The notes under the pieces are model-generated. The model saw only the letters and a list, made by a program, of their open reading frames with translations, did not search any database and was not told the DNA's origin. 45,828 nt of DNA. It comes from Catajapyx aquilonaris. Its lineage: Eukaryota. Made by a program: the position numbers and the translations under genes. The stretch lies in NCBI GenBank assembly GCA_000934665.2, contig KZ538826.1:1-45828 (forward strand), given 5' to 3'. Positions within the stretch are counted from its first letter, which is position 1. Every line of letters begins with the position of its first letter. Below are positions 12,174 through 25,440 of the stretch, one piece after another.

Positions 12174-12517
12174 TAAATAAATATTTTGAGAGCTGGCTAA
12201 AAATTTATGCCTTTCTTTTGTGTTCACGCCACGCCTGATAACATACGCACCCATTGCAACATGATTGTGTAAAAAATTGATAAGTTTTTATTTCAGTTAT
12301 TTACATTTATTCATATTTATCGACTAGCAAATATCCCAAAAATTAATGTTCTTCCATCTACGCACACAAAGTTTATTAACCGGCCTATCTCATAATTTTT
12401 AATTTTTCCATTGTACAAGTACAAAATATTTTACGCCACAGATAGGTTAAATTGTAAATAAAATTGCAATTTATTAAATTATGCATTCAAGAAAAGCCCA
12501 CGCACTGCATCTGCAAC

Positions 12518-12627
12518 CAGGGACGTAGCCAGGGGGGGGGGGGAGGGGCAGGGGGCTCGAGCGAAATTTTTCGACTTACNCCCCCAGATTGCGGGCCCCA
12601 CGAACTGGAATCATGGCTACGTCACTG
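12518..12627. mobile_element. hAT-type MITE with 8-bp TSD
   Basis: TIRs CAGGGACGTAGCCA and TGGCTACGTCACTG match at 13/14 positions. The perfect direct repeat TCTGCAAC lies at 12510-12517 and 12628-12635. An internal poly-G and an N mean the true length may be larger. Confidence 0.9.
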
Positions 12628-13149
12628 TCTGCAACTTTTATGACCATTCAAGTTCGCCTCTATTTCAGGAATAATGATCCCTGAAATGAGTAGGAATCGC
12701 AAGCTAATTCCTTTCATATAACAGCTTCTCACCTTTACAGTGATGATAAGACTATATAAAAATTCTCATAAAGTCACGGTCGACATGTCTCAGCTAATCA
12801 CAAACCAAAAAGTAATAATCATAAAAGCAAAAAAAAAAAAAAAACCTGGTTGACTGCTTATCACACTTCAGACGCGCAAATGCAAAGAGATGGGTCCATT
12901 CTGTCATCATAAGGTTGAAAAATGAGAGTTTTCATCACGCTTGTTCACCTTCACTCATCAGTGGTGAGCTGATAAAGGATTCAATTACAGGGAGTGACAG
13001 GTTATGTCATGCATTCCTGCTTACTCAAATTAGGCTTCTGAAACCACCTGCCATTTGCAGAACCCTCGTCTTCTTTTAACCATGGGACAGTGGCACAGCA
13101 GTACTTTTGTAGCTCATGTACACGATGCCTGCATGTCTGAATAGAGCTT

Positions 13150-13860
13150 TGCTAGCAGGCTCAGTCAATACTCTCGTGCAACATGTATCAGTCCGACTCT
13201 TGTACCGCACGACCGAGTTCTTTAACGTGATCTATGGGAACACTATGACTCTCTAGAGTAACTTTTGTCGCGTAAAAACTAACTTATGTGGCACATAAAC
13301 GTTGGTATACAGTATGGGAAGAAATGGCTACCTCAGTAATGGCGGATCCCGAAAGTATTCCCTTTCACCTGCGTAACTTCAGTATCATGTGTGCAACAGT
13401 GGGTCTTGGTCTAAAACCATAATGATGACAGTGAATACCTTGTGCGATTTGAAAAATCAAATATTGTGATGATAAGCGCAATTATATTTATTTATCTGCT
13501 GCTGTATGAACTATGAAGCATGACGTACTGGTGTTAAATTATTCAATTCAGTCTCTTATAATTTCTACTCAAAATGTTGCAATATAAAACAAAAATTAAA
13601 GGGGAAATCACCATTTGTATCGCATTATGCATTGTGGATATTATCCATGATTTATGACAGAATTCTCCTAATTGGCTTTCATGCAACCACCATAAGTCAA
13701 ATGAACGTGAACCAGTGAACCACATATGCAGACATTATTGCAAATAAGGAGAGGAGAAATAATAATTCTACAAATATGGTCTTGGATGCACCATATTATA
13801 TTGACATCAGAAAAACATACCAGCGGCATCGCTATCAGTATGATTCCAACAGGAACCCCA
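13150..13860 (+). mobile_element. Highly decayed LINE (Jockey-like) ORF2 RT/C-terminal remnant
   Basis: Ordered degenerate motifs across frames: GSV..CNMYQSD (QGSvl..fniy.sD), WLPQ*WRI..FPFT, EYL (KYLG), KMLQYKTKIKGEIT (KlliYK.iirP.itY), MVLDAPYYI (i.dAPWYv). Confidence 0.45.
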
Positions 13861-14074
13861 TACAAGACCTATTCGAGCGCAATCACCATTAGTAAAGAGT
13901 ATATAGAGCTAGAAGAATAGATATAAGCTCTTGATATAAGGTAAGGGAAGAGGGCGCGGGCGGGGTGGAGAAGACGGTGAGTACTGCTAGACAATGAGGA
14001 CATGGGACTGATGGGAGTGCAAGGTTTATTCAAGCGTACCCCTCAAGAACGTACCATACCATTGCTATGCCTTC

Positions 14075-14200
14075 CATGACACATTATTAGTTCCTTGCTT
14101 TCATTTACCGTCATCCTCCATCCTGTCTACCACCATTTTGGTGATTGGGCCCGAAATGGTCTGGTGGAGGATTTCTACTGATTCTACCGCCAGGTCGCTG
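14075..14200 (-). mobile_element. Short LINE RT fragment
   Basis: Translation ..VEILHQTISGPITK / WW*TGWRMTVNESK resembles the LQ..l..i..W...Wrm.iN..K segment that follows YADD. Confidence 0.35.
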
Positions 14201-15213
14201 ATGTGATGACAACCATGTGATGACCCTCCCCCCCCCCCCCCCCCCAATAGGGCGGTGAGACCTTAGTGAAGTGGTACGAGTTAGTGGTGAAGAAATAGTG
14301 GGATTTTATTATTAATAACTTACTCTATTTGTATAGCCCTGCAACTGGCAGAAATTGCAGAAATGTAAAATAGTACCGGTATTACAAAATAACTTGTGTC
14401 AACCTTTATTCCAAAGGTGCAATAACTTAGCAGGGGAAAAAATGTTTCTGACATTTTTCCGGTCTATACATATTACGTATAGACGAAGTAGTAACCAAGT
14501 GATGTCATCCATGGATAGAAAGATTCCAGTTGGACCGCAAAAAATCGTCTTTTCTTTCCCGATCGAGAGGAATCCGAGCTCAGGCTTCATCTGATTTCAA
14601 CTGTAATCTGTACCGAAAAAGGGATCTTCACACAGGAGGTTTTAGCACTATAGTTTTAGTCTTAAGGATCCGTCAATCGTCGTGGGCAGCTGCGTCCTTC
14701 TTCCCGATTGGCGGACATTCAGATTACGACTACAATTATAGTGCTAAAACCGCCTGTGTGAAGACCACGTAAGGCAGAACGCACCAGATGGCAACTAAAT
14801 CATGACGCGATTCGAGAACCTACACCTCCCTTCCCAATCATGCCTATACTCTCTCGATACCAGCACGGGTAATCGAAAAAGTCTGCCAGTTCGAAAATCA
14901 GAAATTGTAGAAGTTTTTCTTTGCATGACTCATGATGAAATGAAATGGTGATGGCATAACATGGTGAACTAAAATTGCACAAAAAATCTCCAGGATCATT
15001 TCAAATATTACATCCAACAAGAAAATTGCTGAGTTATAATTTGAAAAAAACTTAACTAATCTTGCTCAGGATATAACATCAAAAGCAGCAATATGTTCAA
15101 ACCCTAAACTAAAACCTTTCACAAAACTCATTTACTTATTTTTTAGACCACATTATACTGCTTCTTAAGTCAGATGTGGTAATAATATCACTTCGGAGAG
15201 AAGAACCACATTT

Positions 15214-15473
15214 GAGGGGTGTGGTGGAAAAACATGATAACTGACATTTTTGTCGTTTTTGACCTAAACACCTAGCAGCTATGTATAGGACACAAGATAA
15301 GACATGACAAACAGTTTGCTATACTCAAAGTTCCTGTATCATGCATGAGACGGCCACACGGACTAGGTCACAACCAGCATTCCCTATGATTTGTTAAGAG
15401 AATGCATACTTCAATTCGCTCTCCTGAAAAATTACACTTTTGTCAGTTATCATGTTTTTCCACCACACCCCTC
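15214..15473. mobile_element. Sola-like non-autonomous DNA transposon (260 bp)
   Basis: Perfect 33-bp TIRs GAGGGGTGTGGTGGAAAAACATGATAACTGACA (15214-15246 / 15441-15473), GAG...CTC termini and a 4-bp direct repeat ATTT on both sides (15210-15213, 15474-15477). The MITE call is strong; the superfamily is inferred from termini and TSD length. Confidence 0.75.
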
Positions 15474-16204
15474 ATTTCTTGTAATTTTTTAAATATTCTC
15501 AGTACAAGAGAGCGATTTGCTCTGGAACCCTATACTAGGGCCACCGCACAAGTTGAAGACCACCGGCATTAAAAATAAAATTAGGCCACTTGAATTATTT
15601 AACAGGTACTGTAGCTCGTGGTAATTGCTTCGAAGGATGACTCGTGGTAAGACACCACCCCTGCAGAAACTAATTTGAGGACCCGATACGATGTATTTGC
15701 AGCACTGAAGATAGGCATCTGAGCAATTATTCATTCAAGTTGAAAGGAGTTCACGCGTAGGGATGTATATATAGGGAAAACACGATGTATAAAACTCATA
15801 TTACACAAGTTCTTTTATAGAAATCAAGCAGTTGACAGATCAACAACATCATAATAATACTGCCCCCAACCCACGCTTATCATTCGTAAACAGCTTTACA
15901 AGTCAGGTACACCACAGTATCAGTGACATTTCAAATTCAATCTGGTTGAATATGGAACCAAATGCAAATAAATCCCTGCATGGGTTGCCGCTTTGAATTT
16001 TCCATCAAAATCAAAGGGCATTTTCAAAGGATTACTGTATACCAACGACACAAATTGATTGACTAGGACAAAATGTGTGGATTCATCTTATAGAATACGT
16101 AATATGCTAATGGAATCTTTTTAGTGAGCGGCTACATAAAAGCCCATACAAATAAGTTTACCACAACTATTTGCCTCATGTTTGATCCGATAATATCCTT
16201 TGAA

Positions 16205-16372
16205 TAACAAGGTAGTGAGGCCTCCGACTTCCACACGATAAGGTCCTCGGTTCAATTCCTGGGGCCGTCTATCGTGAACCATGTTTTCTAGGGTTTTCTT
16301 TGGTTCGCCTCTGGCAAATTCCCTGGAGTTTCCAATAAAAATGCCACAGCAGCTTCCCAACCCCCATTATTT
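16205..16372 (+). mobile_element. tRNA-derived SINE (degenerate)
   Basis: tRNA-like head with B box GGTTCAATTCC (16249-16259). The body GTTTTCTAGGGTTTTCTT...GGCAAATTCCCTGG...AATGCCACAGCAGCTTCCC resembles the widespread hemimetabolous-insect SINE body (gttttccgtggtttccc...ggcaaatgc...ggccacggccgcttcc). Confidence 0.6.
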
Positions 16373-19300
16373 ATCCGCCCCTCGAGGCAAAATATAACCC
16401 ATGCAGTTTTTCGCAAGGTTTTAAATTCTTCCACAAGCGAACCTCAGGCGGGGTTTTTTTTAAATGGGACAGAATCTCTTTCTCTCCCCCAGAATCCTTC
16501 CCTCTCCTGGGAAAGTGTAAAGAAACGTTTCTTTTCATTTAAAATCCAGACAGATTCCATGCCACTGATTCAAACTTTACCTCATTCGTTTAGTTAAGAC
16601 AATGTGTCTGATGAGTGTTTGCATGATAATAGGGACTTTTTCAATATGACATGGATATCTATTCTGTGATTAGTTTTCAGAGTAGTCAAACCTTCCATAA
16701 ATATTGTATGCATAGAACTTCAAGGAATTCTAAGATATATATGAGCACGTACGCAACACACCTATCCACAATAATATTCAAAGTGTCCATACTGATACTG
16801 AAATACCAAATCCATATCAATGCTGCATCTACTTTAACAGTTCACCAGAGAACAGCTAGTCCTTGAAGGTTACATGCAACCAGTGCGTGAAATGTCACGT
16901 TCTGCAGTGCCAGTTACCGTCATCGACACACTGATGCCACCAATTTTGAAAACAGCCCTCATCAGTTCGCCACTCTCCTATTATTACAGCCAAATGAATT
17001 GTCGTAAAAGGTCAACCCGGATTAGAATTCGGCAGTTTAGGCGAGATTCCAGCTACGTTGCAGTGGCAAATGACGTCATTCGTAGCGTGACGTATGGAAC
17101 CCAGGCAGTATCAGGGGTTTGCTAATGGCCACCGTCGTGTAGAAAATAACTTGTCGTCATGCTAAAATTGTAGTACAGTCTTCGTCACTATAAGAAGTAC
17201 TCGATTTCTCCTATTTGATTAAAAAAGTGGGAATGCTTCAATTTGGACGTGCAGACCGCTGACTCGCAAACTTACTTTTTTTTTTCTTCTTCTTTGCCCT
17301 TCTCTTGTTCTTCCAACCTCTTGATCGAAGACGCGAACAAATAGAATTACGCGATGGGGACTAAAAGAAAGGACCGGAGAAGGAGAAAAAAAAGTTCGAT
17401 GGCGATCGAAGGCTTTGCTCAACTCCTTTGAAAGGGGGGCTCTTCGTTCCACAACTTAGGTCGACTTGACATATTAATAGCGGCGCAACCTTTTCAGGTT
17501 TGCGTATAAACTGTTTGGAAACTTCCGGTTAGGTCTGTGACGTCACAGGTTGGTTGAAAATTGTGGCGTTGACAGGTTAAAATGGACGTTGGCAATAAAA
17601 AAGTCCGAAAAGTCGATATATGCTAAATGTGTGCAGCAGCAAAAATGCCGAGGGCTTCAGGCAGCCTGTTCCAAGGGAGAATATTGCATGTGTTGGTGTT
17701 ATATTTTCATCGAAACTGTGGCTTTAAACCTACTCTTATACTCTTATATTTAACATGTTTTTGTTTCAGGATACCGTACCTTTAAAAGTTGCCATTTTAT
17801 GTCTGTGTAATAACTTATTACCAGGGCAAAAAATACCGCGATGCACAAGATTATTACATATTATAATTTGGCACAGATGTTCTGATTTTATAAATGTCCA
17901 ACGTCATGCCTAAGAGGGACCTGTTATGTATCAATATCCAGTTTTTAGCCTCACTCTAGCTCTTTCGAGAAAATGAAATGCAGTCAACAAAATGCACAAA
18001 AATAATAAAAATGTGCAGGAAAATAGATATAGAATAGTGAATCCAGCATGAGTCACTCTGTTCCGCAAAAATTTTCCGTTCCTTGTGACAGAAATGAACA
18101 TAAGAATGAAGACTCTTCGTTGGGACCCAATAAGACCCGCAATAGACAAGTTTCAGCTGTGTCCAGGGTATGTTATAAATACAAATTTCATTGTATGCAG
18201 ACATTGCTAACCATCATTACCATTGCTACATTATTATCGTCACCATTGTTTTGAAGGGGCTACCCAGTTACTAACAGAAAAGGCTAGATAAATAGCTCAC
18301 AAGTAGAGCACAACAAGAGATGATTGCCGATACAGCATACAGTAGTTGGGAGCAGCTTGTCACACCTCCAGCATTTACCCTAGAATCTGGGCATAACCTT
18401 AGTCGCCTATAATATCGTTTTACACCCTAGATTTGCCGCCCTCAATGTGCACATTATACAGTATATGCACCTATACACTCGTCTAGAAACAAGCTCATAG
18501 CTCCGAAGCAGCCATGCTCTCAATATACTGTATGCCCATATTGCTCAATGTAATATTTTGGGGCGAAGGAATGTCTCATGGCAGGAATGCACCCTGATTC
18601 TTTAGAATAGCAATTAATTTAACTGCACCTTGCTTGCTATAGAGAGCGCTAGGCATTTAACATCGTTACTCTATTGTCAAAATCCTCATACGACCAAGTT
18701 AGCCCTATTGGTACTCATTGACGCGAACAATAACCTGACTTAACTGTGAGCTAAACCTCGGCACTCTCTTAGAAAAATTTCCCAACAGATGGCACAGCTG
18801 TGTAACTGAGAGCAGCGCCAGTGTGGAAAATCCGAATCACTACTTTTCTGTCATACTCTACGAAGCATGTGACCCACTTTTGCGCGCTCATAGTTGAAAT
18901 TAGTCTCTAGCTATGCCTTACCAGCTTACGTCCATGGCATACATGTATCCTCCAAAAAAGAAAAGGCTTTTCCGTGACATCAAAGGGATGATACCTCCAA
19001 CCGGGGGCAAGCCCCTTATCCAAAATTTCACCAGCTTATTAAATGTGAGTCATGCATAATGGCATCAAGTTTGGGTATGAATGAGTAAACAAGTGTATAT
19101 CTGTCACGAGCTTATCGTCTGCCCCGGAATTTTAAACAGGACTTTTCTGCGGGCTGGCAGCACAACCTGCCTGTATAAGCATTTATGGGAGCGAGTATAG
19201 GGAATTAACGATTGCGACACATTTAATGCGCGTCATTTCCCTGCTTGGGATTCCATGAAGTCGAAATAACCCCCTCCCGCGGTTATCGCTGCTCAATCGA

Positions 19301-22300
19301 ACACCCTGCATTTAAATGGCTGAAGCAAAATGGAGTTGTCCTAACAAAAATTATTTGTTGCGCGCCGCGCATGGCTAATTGCGTTGGAATAAAATATCGC
19401 TCAGACACCCAAATCGAAACTGTAAGCTCCTATCATTCTGGCTGTCATTAGCATTTCCCCGCAACATTTTCATATCCACGTTGCGGTCGGCTTTGAATAT
19501 ACCAACGAATTACATGTCTCGTCTCTGCAGGCACCCAACCGACCCAAATGGCTTTGCTAAACACATCATGTGATGGGATGCAATTAATATACATTCCAGT
19601 TATCTTATTGGTGTTCACTTCCATTACTATTGTGAGATGCGAAAGGTGGGGTTCAGTTGCAAGTTGTCAGTTCTGTTAAGAGATGGCGTGGATGCGGGGG
19701 GGGGGTGTCGCGGGGTGGACCTTGAGGCTTCCCAAGTTGTAAAGTAGTCGTGAGACAGCCGGAGACGAGTCTAGTCTAAATTTTTGGCAACCTGTGTAGA
19801 CTATTATTGCGGAACCGCAGCTATTAATTAGCCCTCGGGGTTAGGAGAGACAATCTGCCTAGGTCAGATTTCACACCATATAAAATTAATAGAAAGGTGA
19901 TCAAGGATTATCCTCAATTTATTAGGAAAAGGCAAGCAGTGACACCCCTGAATTTCTATCTCCAGATATCTTTGTGTGGTTCATGCTGGAACACCCAATA
20001 TAATGTCCCAAACCCCTCGATAATCATCAGGGTGCAGGTAATTTATAGGAATACTTACACCTACTTTTCCTTGGAGCAAATTGTTGCAATGCATCCTGCG
20101 CGAGTAATGTGGACATTCATTTCCAGGCGATACTTCCCAACAACCGGAACAACGAGTGCAGCAATTTGATCCGTGCCGAAAAATAGTAAAGTGGGAGGGG
20201 GGGGGGGAGGAACTTGATCAATAATTCCCCCGGAAATAAGTCGGCTAAATCACACGGAGTGAAAATCTGGGTCCCGAACTAGATAATGGCTGGGAAGAAA
20301 ATGCTATGAATTGAAATTCTAGTAGGAACCTGCTGGCAGAAATGGCGCAAAGATGATTTCGGTAACATATCGTGCCGATCCCAACCATCTCGCTCCAGTA
20401 GTCGATACGGAAGGAATACTAAATGACGTCAGTATTGATTGGTCGAAAGGACAGAGAGAAGGAGGAGAGGGTAAGAAAAAAATTGATCTTCACGATTATT
20501 GGATTTCGCTTCGGAAGACACGCCGAGAAAGAAATCTCCAATCCAAGAAGCATGGGCGCTCGCTAGAATTCACTGCGAACTTCCTTTAAAGAAGTCATTA
20601 AGTTCACTGGGCCGGTTTCAGGATAATACATTAAGGTTTCATTGATTTTGAAGCGGACTACTGCTTTTGTTTCACAGTTTATTTCGTCTTTTTTGGGAGG
20701 GTATTGGGCACTTACGTTGGTAATTGATGCCACTCGGGCCCATATTTGAACAAGGTCGTGGCTTATCAGAGAGCCCGATACTATCGGCACGAGCATAACC
20801 ACTCCCGATAGCATGGCACAGTAAGCCTTATCGTCCTATAAAATACAATACGAACCTAACACAATATGCTGCAGTATTCAAATTTGAATGTCGATGAAAC
20901 TGCTGGCTTTGATTAGAATGTGAAGGGCACTGAAACATAAATGCTATTTACGGCCTGTGTAACGAGATGCTTATGGCAGAACGCCCCTCAGCACCGGAAA
21001 CATTAAGTAGAACACTGACGGCATCACACTTGACACAATGCTTATAATCCGGTATGTCACTCTGGCCAGGATTTTAAACTTTTTCCAACCCTGACATGAC
21101 CTCCACAAAGGTTTTCATCGGCATTCAGCATAAAACAAACTCGCGCAGGAACATGCAGACCTGCAGCTGACCACGCTTATCGATTAAATATGAGCGGAAA
21201 AAACAAAGGCATTTTCAATTCTGTAGAGCTCCCTGCATCGATACGGTGTGTATAGACACCACATAATAACGGCCTCTTTAGGGAAATTTTGTGTTGTTGT
21301 GCATCACACATACCATCATGTGAAGGCCTCCAGTTTAAAAAAAAATCCAAGCAGGCTATATCCGAAAGCCCATGCATAATAAAAAGGTGCTTAATAAATT
21401 CCGCCAAATTGAAGCCTTGCTAAGTGTCTCATGCGTTCACATGAGAGTATGATGGAACACTTCGCACCAATTTTAATATAAGTGCCTCAAAAATAGTCCA
21501 CTCATGTGTGTGACCCCAGCTTTACATATTTCAGAACTAACTCATCTCATCTAAAACACTAGACCTAAAATCTGGGTGCCATTACTTGCAGGAGACACAA
21601 CCCATGTGAAAGCTGTCAAATTTGATGACTTCAACCCCACCCAAAATGCCAGTAACGCCCAGTAATTTGACGCATCCCACGTAGATAATTTTGACACTCG
21701 ATGAATACTTTATGTCCCACGACATGTTTCATTAGAGCCCCCCAAATTGCCTCTTGGAGTCGATCTGGTCCCAAAATCGAGTGGATCTAGCTGAGGGCAG
21801 AACACAGCGGTGGCTTCCAAAGTGCGGTCCGTGACCGCAATATAAGCGATCATAATACAAGAGGGGGTTAAACTACGCTGCGAAAATGTCGTCTGCTGCT
21901 CTGAAACACAAGTTTTCTCTGCCGGAAGAGATAAGCTATGCCTTGGGGCCGTTAGCAGCCGAGTGATGATCTAATGGGATGATTCTCCTCCCATCGCCCC
22001 ATGAGATCCGGCAGCGACTAGAGGAAGCAATCCCCATTCCATCAATCTGCTAATGGTCCGTTTTTCGACACCGTTTCGTCTCACAGCTCAGGCCTCAGGT
22101 TTATTTGACAAACTCTCGACGGTGGGTCAACATCAGCTACTCATATGTCCGCTCAGTTGGAGAGGAGAGATCGTTACATTGCGCCTCGCATGGATACCTT
22201 CTAATATGGCTCTCAGCATGGAGGAAAATATAGAGGCAGAGACCTTTTTTTATTTCCTGACATTTTCTTTCTAGTGGAAAAGCTAGGTTGCCGGAATTAA

Positions 22301-22552
22301 TTGCGCGGAGTTTAATCTGATGCTATGAGATCGGTTATTAGTTAGTAGGTCAAGGGTATAGGGATATTTGGCGCTCTAAATATGTCGATATCTACTACGT
22401 TGTTTTTTCCAGGCGCATGCTGAAACTGTTTTTTTTAGGGCGGAACAATGAGTCAACCTAAATTCAAGCTGCCATGTAGTACCATACACTGACATTGATT
22501 CACAACTGACAGCCGAATTACTGATCCAAGCGTTAGCCCAATAACATCTATA

Positions 22553-23114
22553 CAGGGTGTAAATGAATTCAACCGACAAACTTCTAGGGGTGATAGAGGG
22601 GACCAAGACAAACATTTTTGACATAGGAAACCGTGTCCGGAAACGCCATCTAGAGGGGGTTCATAGACGAGGAACGGGTGCGCTCAGACGCGTCACGCGA
22701 GAGGCGCAAGTCGAGCGGACTGTTTTGTTGATAGATGGCGCGCAGTTGTTGCCAAGTTATGGCGTATCGCGTCGTAGTAAGTAAACAACAACACGATACG
22801 CCAAAACCTGGCAACAGCAGAACCGCTGTTGACTATCCGCGAGTCTCCTAGGAGGCGGACTTTAGTTGCTAGATGGCTCTGCTGTTGCCACGTTGTGGCA
22901 CATCGAATCGTTGGTTACTATCCGAGCGCCATCTATCAACAAAACAGGCCGCTCCCCTAGCGCCTCCCGCGTGACGCGTCTGAGCTCACCCGTTCCTCGT
23001 CTATGAACCCCCTCTAGATGGCGTTTCCGGACACGGTTTCCTATGTCAAAAATGTTTGTCTTGGTCCCCTCTATCACCCCTAGAAGTTTGTCGGTTGAAT
23101 TCATTTACACCCTG
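22553..23114. mobile_element. Young Tc1/mariner-type MITE (562 bp) with 189-bp TIRs and TA TSD
   Basis: TA|CAGGGTGT...ACACCCTG|TA. Arms are 22553-22741 and 22926-23114; the outer 128 bp are identical and the inner 61 bp have 6 mismatches. It explains the mirrored ORF pairs 22563+/23104- and 22624-/23043+. Confidence 0.95.
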
Positions 23115-23937
23115 TATAGAACCATGATTGTGGGGTTGCATGAGGCACATGAAATGGTAGTAGTTAGGATTTTCCGGCAAAATTACTGTACTTTTGAAAG
23201 TAAGTATATACTAATGACAACATACAATATATGTGTATATATACACATATATACACATATATATAATAGGAATATTATATACCATTACTATCAATTGTCT
23301 ATGTAAGCATATGACATTGGTTATTATTCTGAAACCATAATTATTATTGGGAAGCAAATTCATTTGACGCGATGCTTGCAGTGATTGTGTGCCTTGTCTT
23401 GTATTTTAAAACCCAATTAACTCTGGTGCTACGTGTGTGAGAGGAGCCATTTTGTGCCAATGTAGGGCCAAGATGAACCTCTGTACGCAGGCTACTTCAT
23501 AACACCATATTTATGCACATTTATTGTCGTTTCCCCTTTTTCATATTTAAACCGAGCACATTTTTAGGATGAGGGAATTATTCTGGGTTTGGGAAAGTCT
23601 CAGCGAGTAACACTGTGTGGTTCAGGATTTATCTAACATCCGTATCTACGGATATTTTGCGGGCGCTCGCCCCTGAGAACTCACCTCTACTCTACAACTA
23701 CAAGCATGGCGTGTTATCATATATGCCGTTGGAAAGCCCATTAAATGAACTTTCCAACACTCACTGACATTTTTGAAGTTGAGGAGACATGTCCTATTGG
23801 AAGTAAATGTCCGCAAAATTTTCACGGGTATATGGATGGGAGTTCAAAGTGGTAACACATGCTATATTCAAGTGGAAAGCTCATCTGACAGGATCGTGGA
23901 CAGGATTTACAAAGGACTGGTGTACTGTACATGAATA

Positions 23938-24246
23938 CAGGTAGGCCCCGGTTTACGACGGGGTTAGGTTCCAGCAAAACAGGGCCATAAAATGGAAAGT
24001 AAAACGAGGCCTATCCGCATATATCTATAGACCTTGCCACAATGCACCACGAAAAACAAGCGACGTTCCTGTAGTGTGTTTGGCCCATTGGTTTGGCCTC
24101 AGAGCTGCTGTAGCGATGTGTTAATGTTTCGATTTATTCTGTTATTTTCAGTTTGTTTAAAAAAAATCTGTAAAGTAATTTTGAAAATGTCGTTAATGTG
24201 AAACGTTGTAAAATGGAGCGTCGTAAAACGCTGCCTATCAATTCTG
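23938..24246. mobile_element. Degenerate pogo/Tigger-like MITE
   Basis: Left end TA|CAGGTAGGCCCCGGTTTACGACG; right end CGTCGTAAAACGCTGCCTA(TCAATT)CTG|TA is an imperfect inverted match. TA flanks both sides. Confidence 0.55.
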
Positions 24247-24660
24247 TATATCCCAAATGTGAAAGTCAGGCTACTGAGGCATGAGTCTGCAAACTTAAGG
24301 TCAATCCTGAAACACACGGTATACATCCTATGAGTTCCATTATACCTACAACGTATTCCTCACTTGACGCATATGCGGAAGGCATAGTGAAAGGATAAGT
24401 TTTATTCGAAAGAAGAAATCTCAGCAATAAAATGTCCAATACTACCCTGTAGGCCTATATAGCAGAGAAATACCACTGCAGCTCCGACATCGATAACAAG
24501 ACGTGCTATAAAATGCTCATAAAAACCATTTATTACGACATTTGAAAATTTTCTCTACTAATAGGGAATTGTAAATTTTCCCACAAGCAAACAATCTGCT
24601 TTAAATTATTGCAACAATTTTTGTTGCAATATATTCTACTACCATTGTACGCTTCTTGAG

Positions 24661-25440
24661 TGTCGCAAAAAAAACGAATATTTTCTTCACATTTTAACGG
24701 AGAGATGTGTCATATGCCGAAGCAGTTTGTTGACACTAGGAAGATTGATGCGATGTTTCACTGGAGTAATACGACGTGCTGTCAGTAATGTATACGGCCC
24801 TCCCATAAGTTCCACGCTGCCTTCAAATATCAGCAATGCAACTGAGATGAAAGAAACATTTTTTTCTGACACAGATTGTGCTAGAACAGAGGGCGTATAA
24901 TGTAAGAGCCATCCGAATCGGTCGAAGTGGGTTTGGTCAGCAATGACCGGGTGCGAAAACGTATAGCTGTGCACATAAATCAAGTTTTGGGATCCGCTGC
25001 TCTGGATCAATCGGCTATAACCATTATTTATGTTGAGCCGTAACCGTTGCACTTGGGCATACCAAAATGTTTTGGGATATGTTCTGTTTTTTTGACCTAG
25101 TTTAAAGCATACTCATACACGATGAGTTGGAAACGGCCAGAGGCTTAAAAGTGTCACATCCTAAGCTTACAGCAACTTGCGCGCACTTTCCTGCTCATTT
25201 CATGTACACTTCAGCCGCAGGGAGCAAGTTTCATTGCAGGACGTCCTTCAACAAAATGTAGAAACGAAATCAGGACTACAAAGCATAAACAATAACAAAA
25301 ATCTACGTTGCGCTGTGGATAGTATAGGCTCTATAGTATACATATCTGGGGTTAAGATTGCGGACGTGATGTTTTATCGGGTATTTTTACTGCTTACAAA
25401 TTAGTTTTATAAAATATTGCATAGAGTTATTTTCGCGACA
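24661..25440 (+). mobile_element. Possible decayed mariner element (N-terminal HTH remnant)
   Basis: Fragments IRRAVSNVYG, D..R, VE..VSNDR and LGHTK/LGIPK occur in mariner order. Weak inverted ends: TGTCGCAAAAAAAAC (24661) vs GTTATTTTCGCGACA (to 25440). Confidence 0.35.

Noticed and set aside
17090..17785. Kolobok/THAP-like element (TGACGTCA motifs, GCAAIN-like peptide, end ...ACCT|TTAA)
   Set aside because: No matching second terminus or complete THAP motif was found; too weak to call.
22376..23306. Duplicated ORF pairs (MNSTDKLL..., MSKMFVLV...) suggesting paralogous small genes
   Set aside because: They are a by-product of the MITE's inverted arms.
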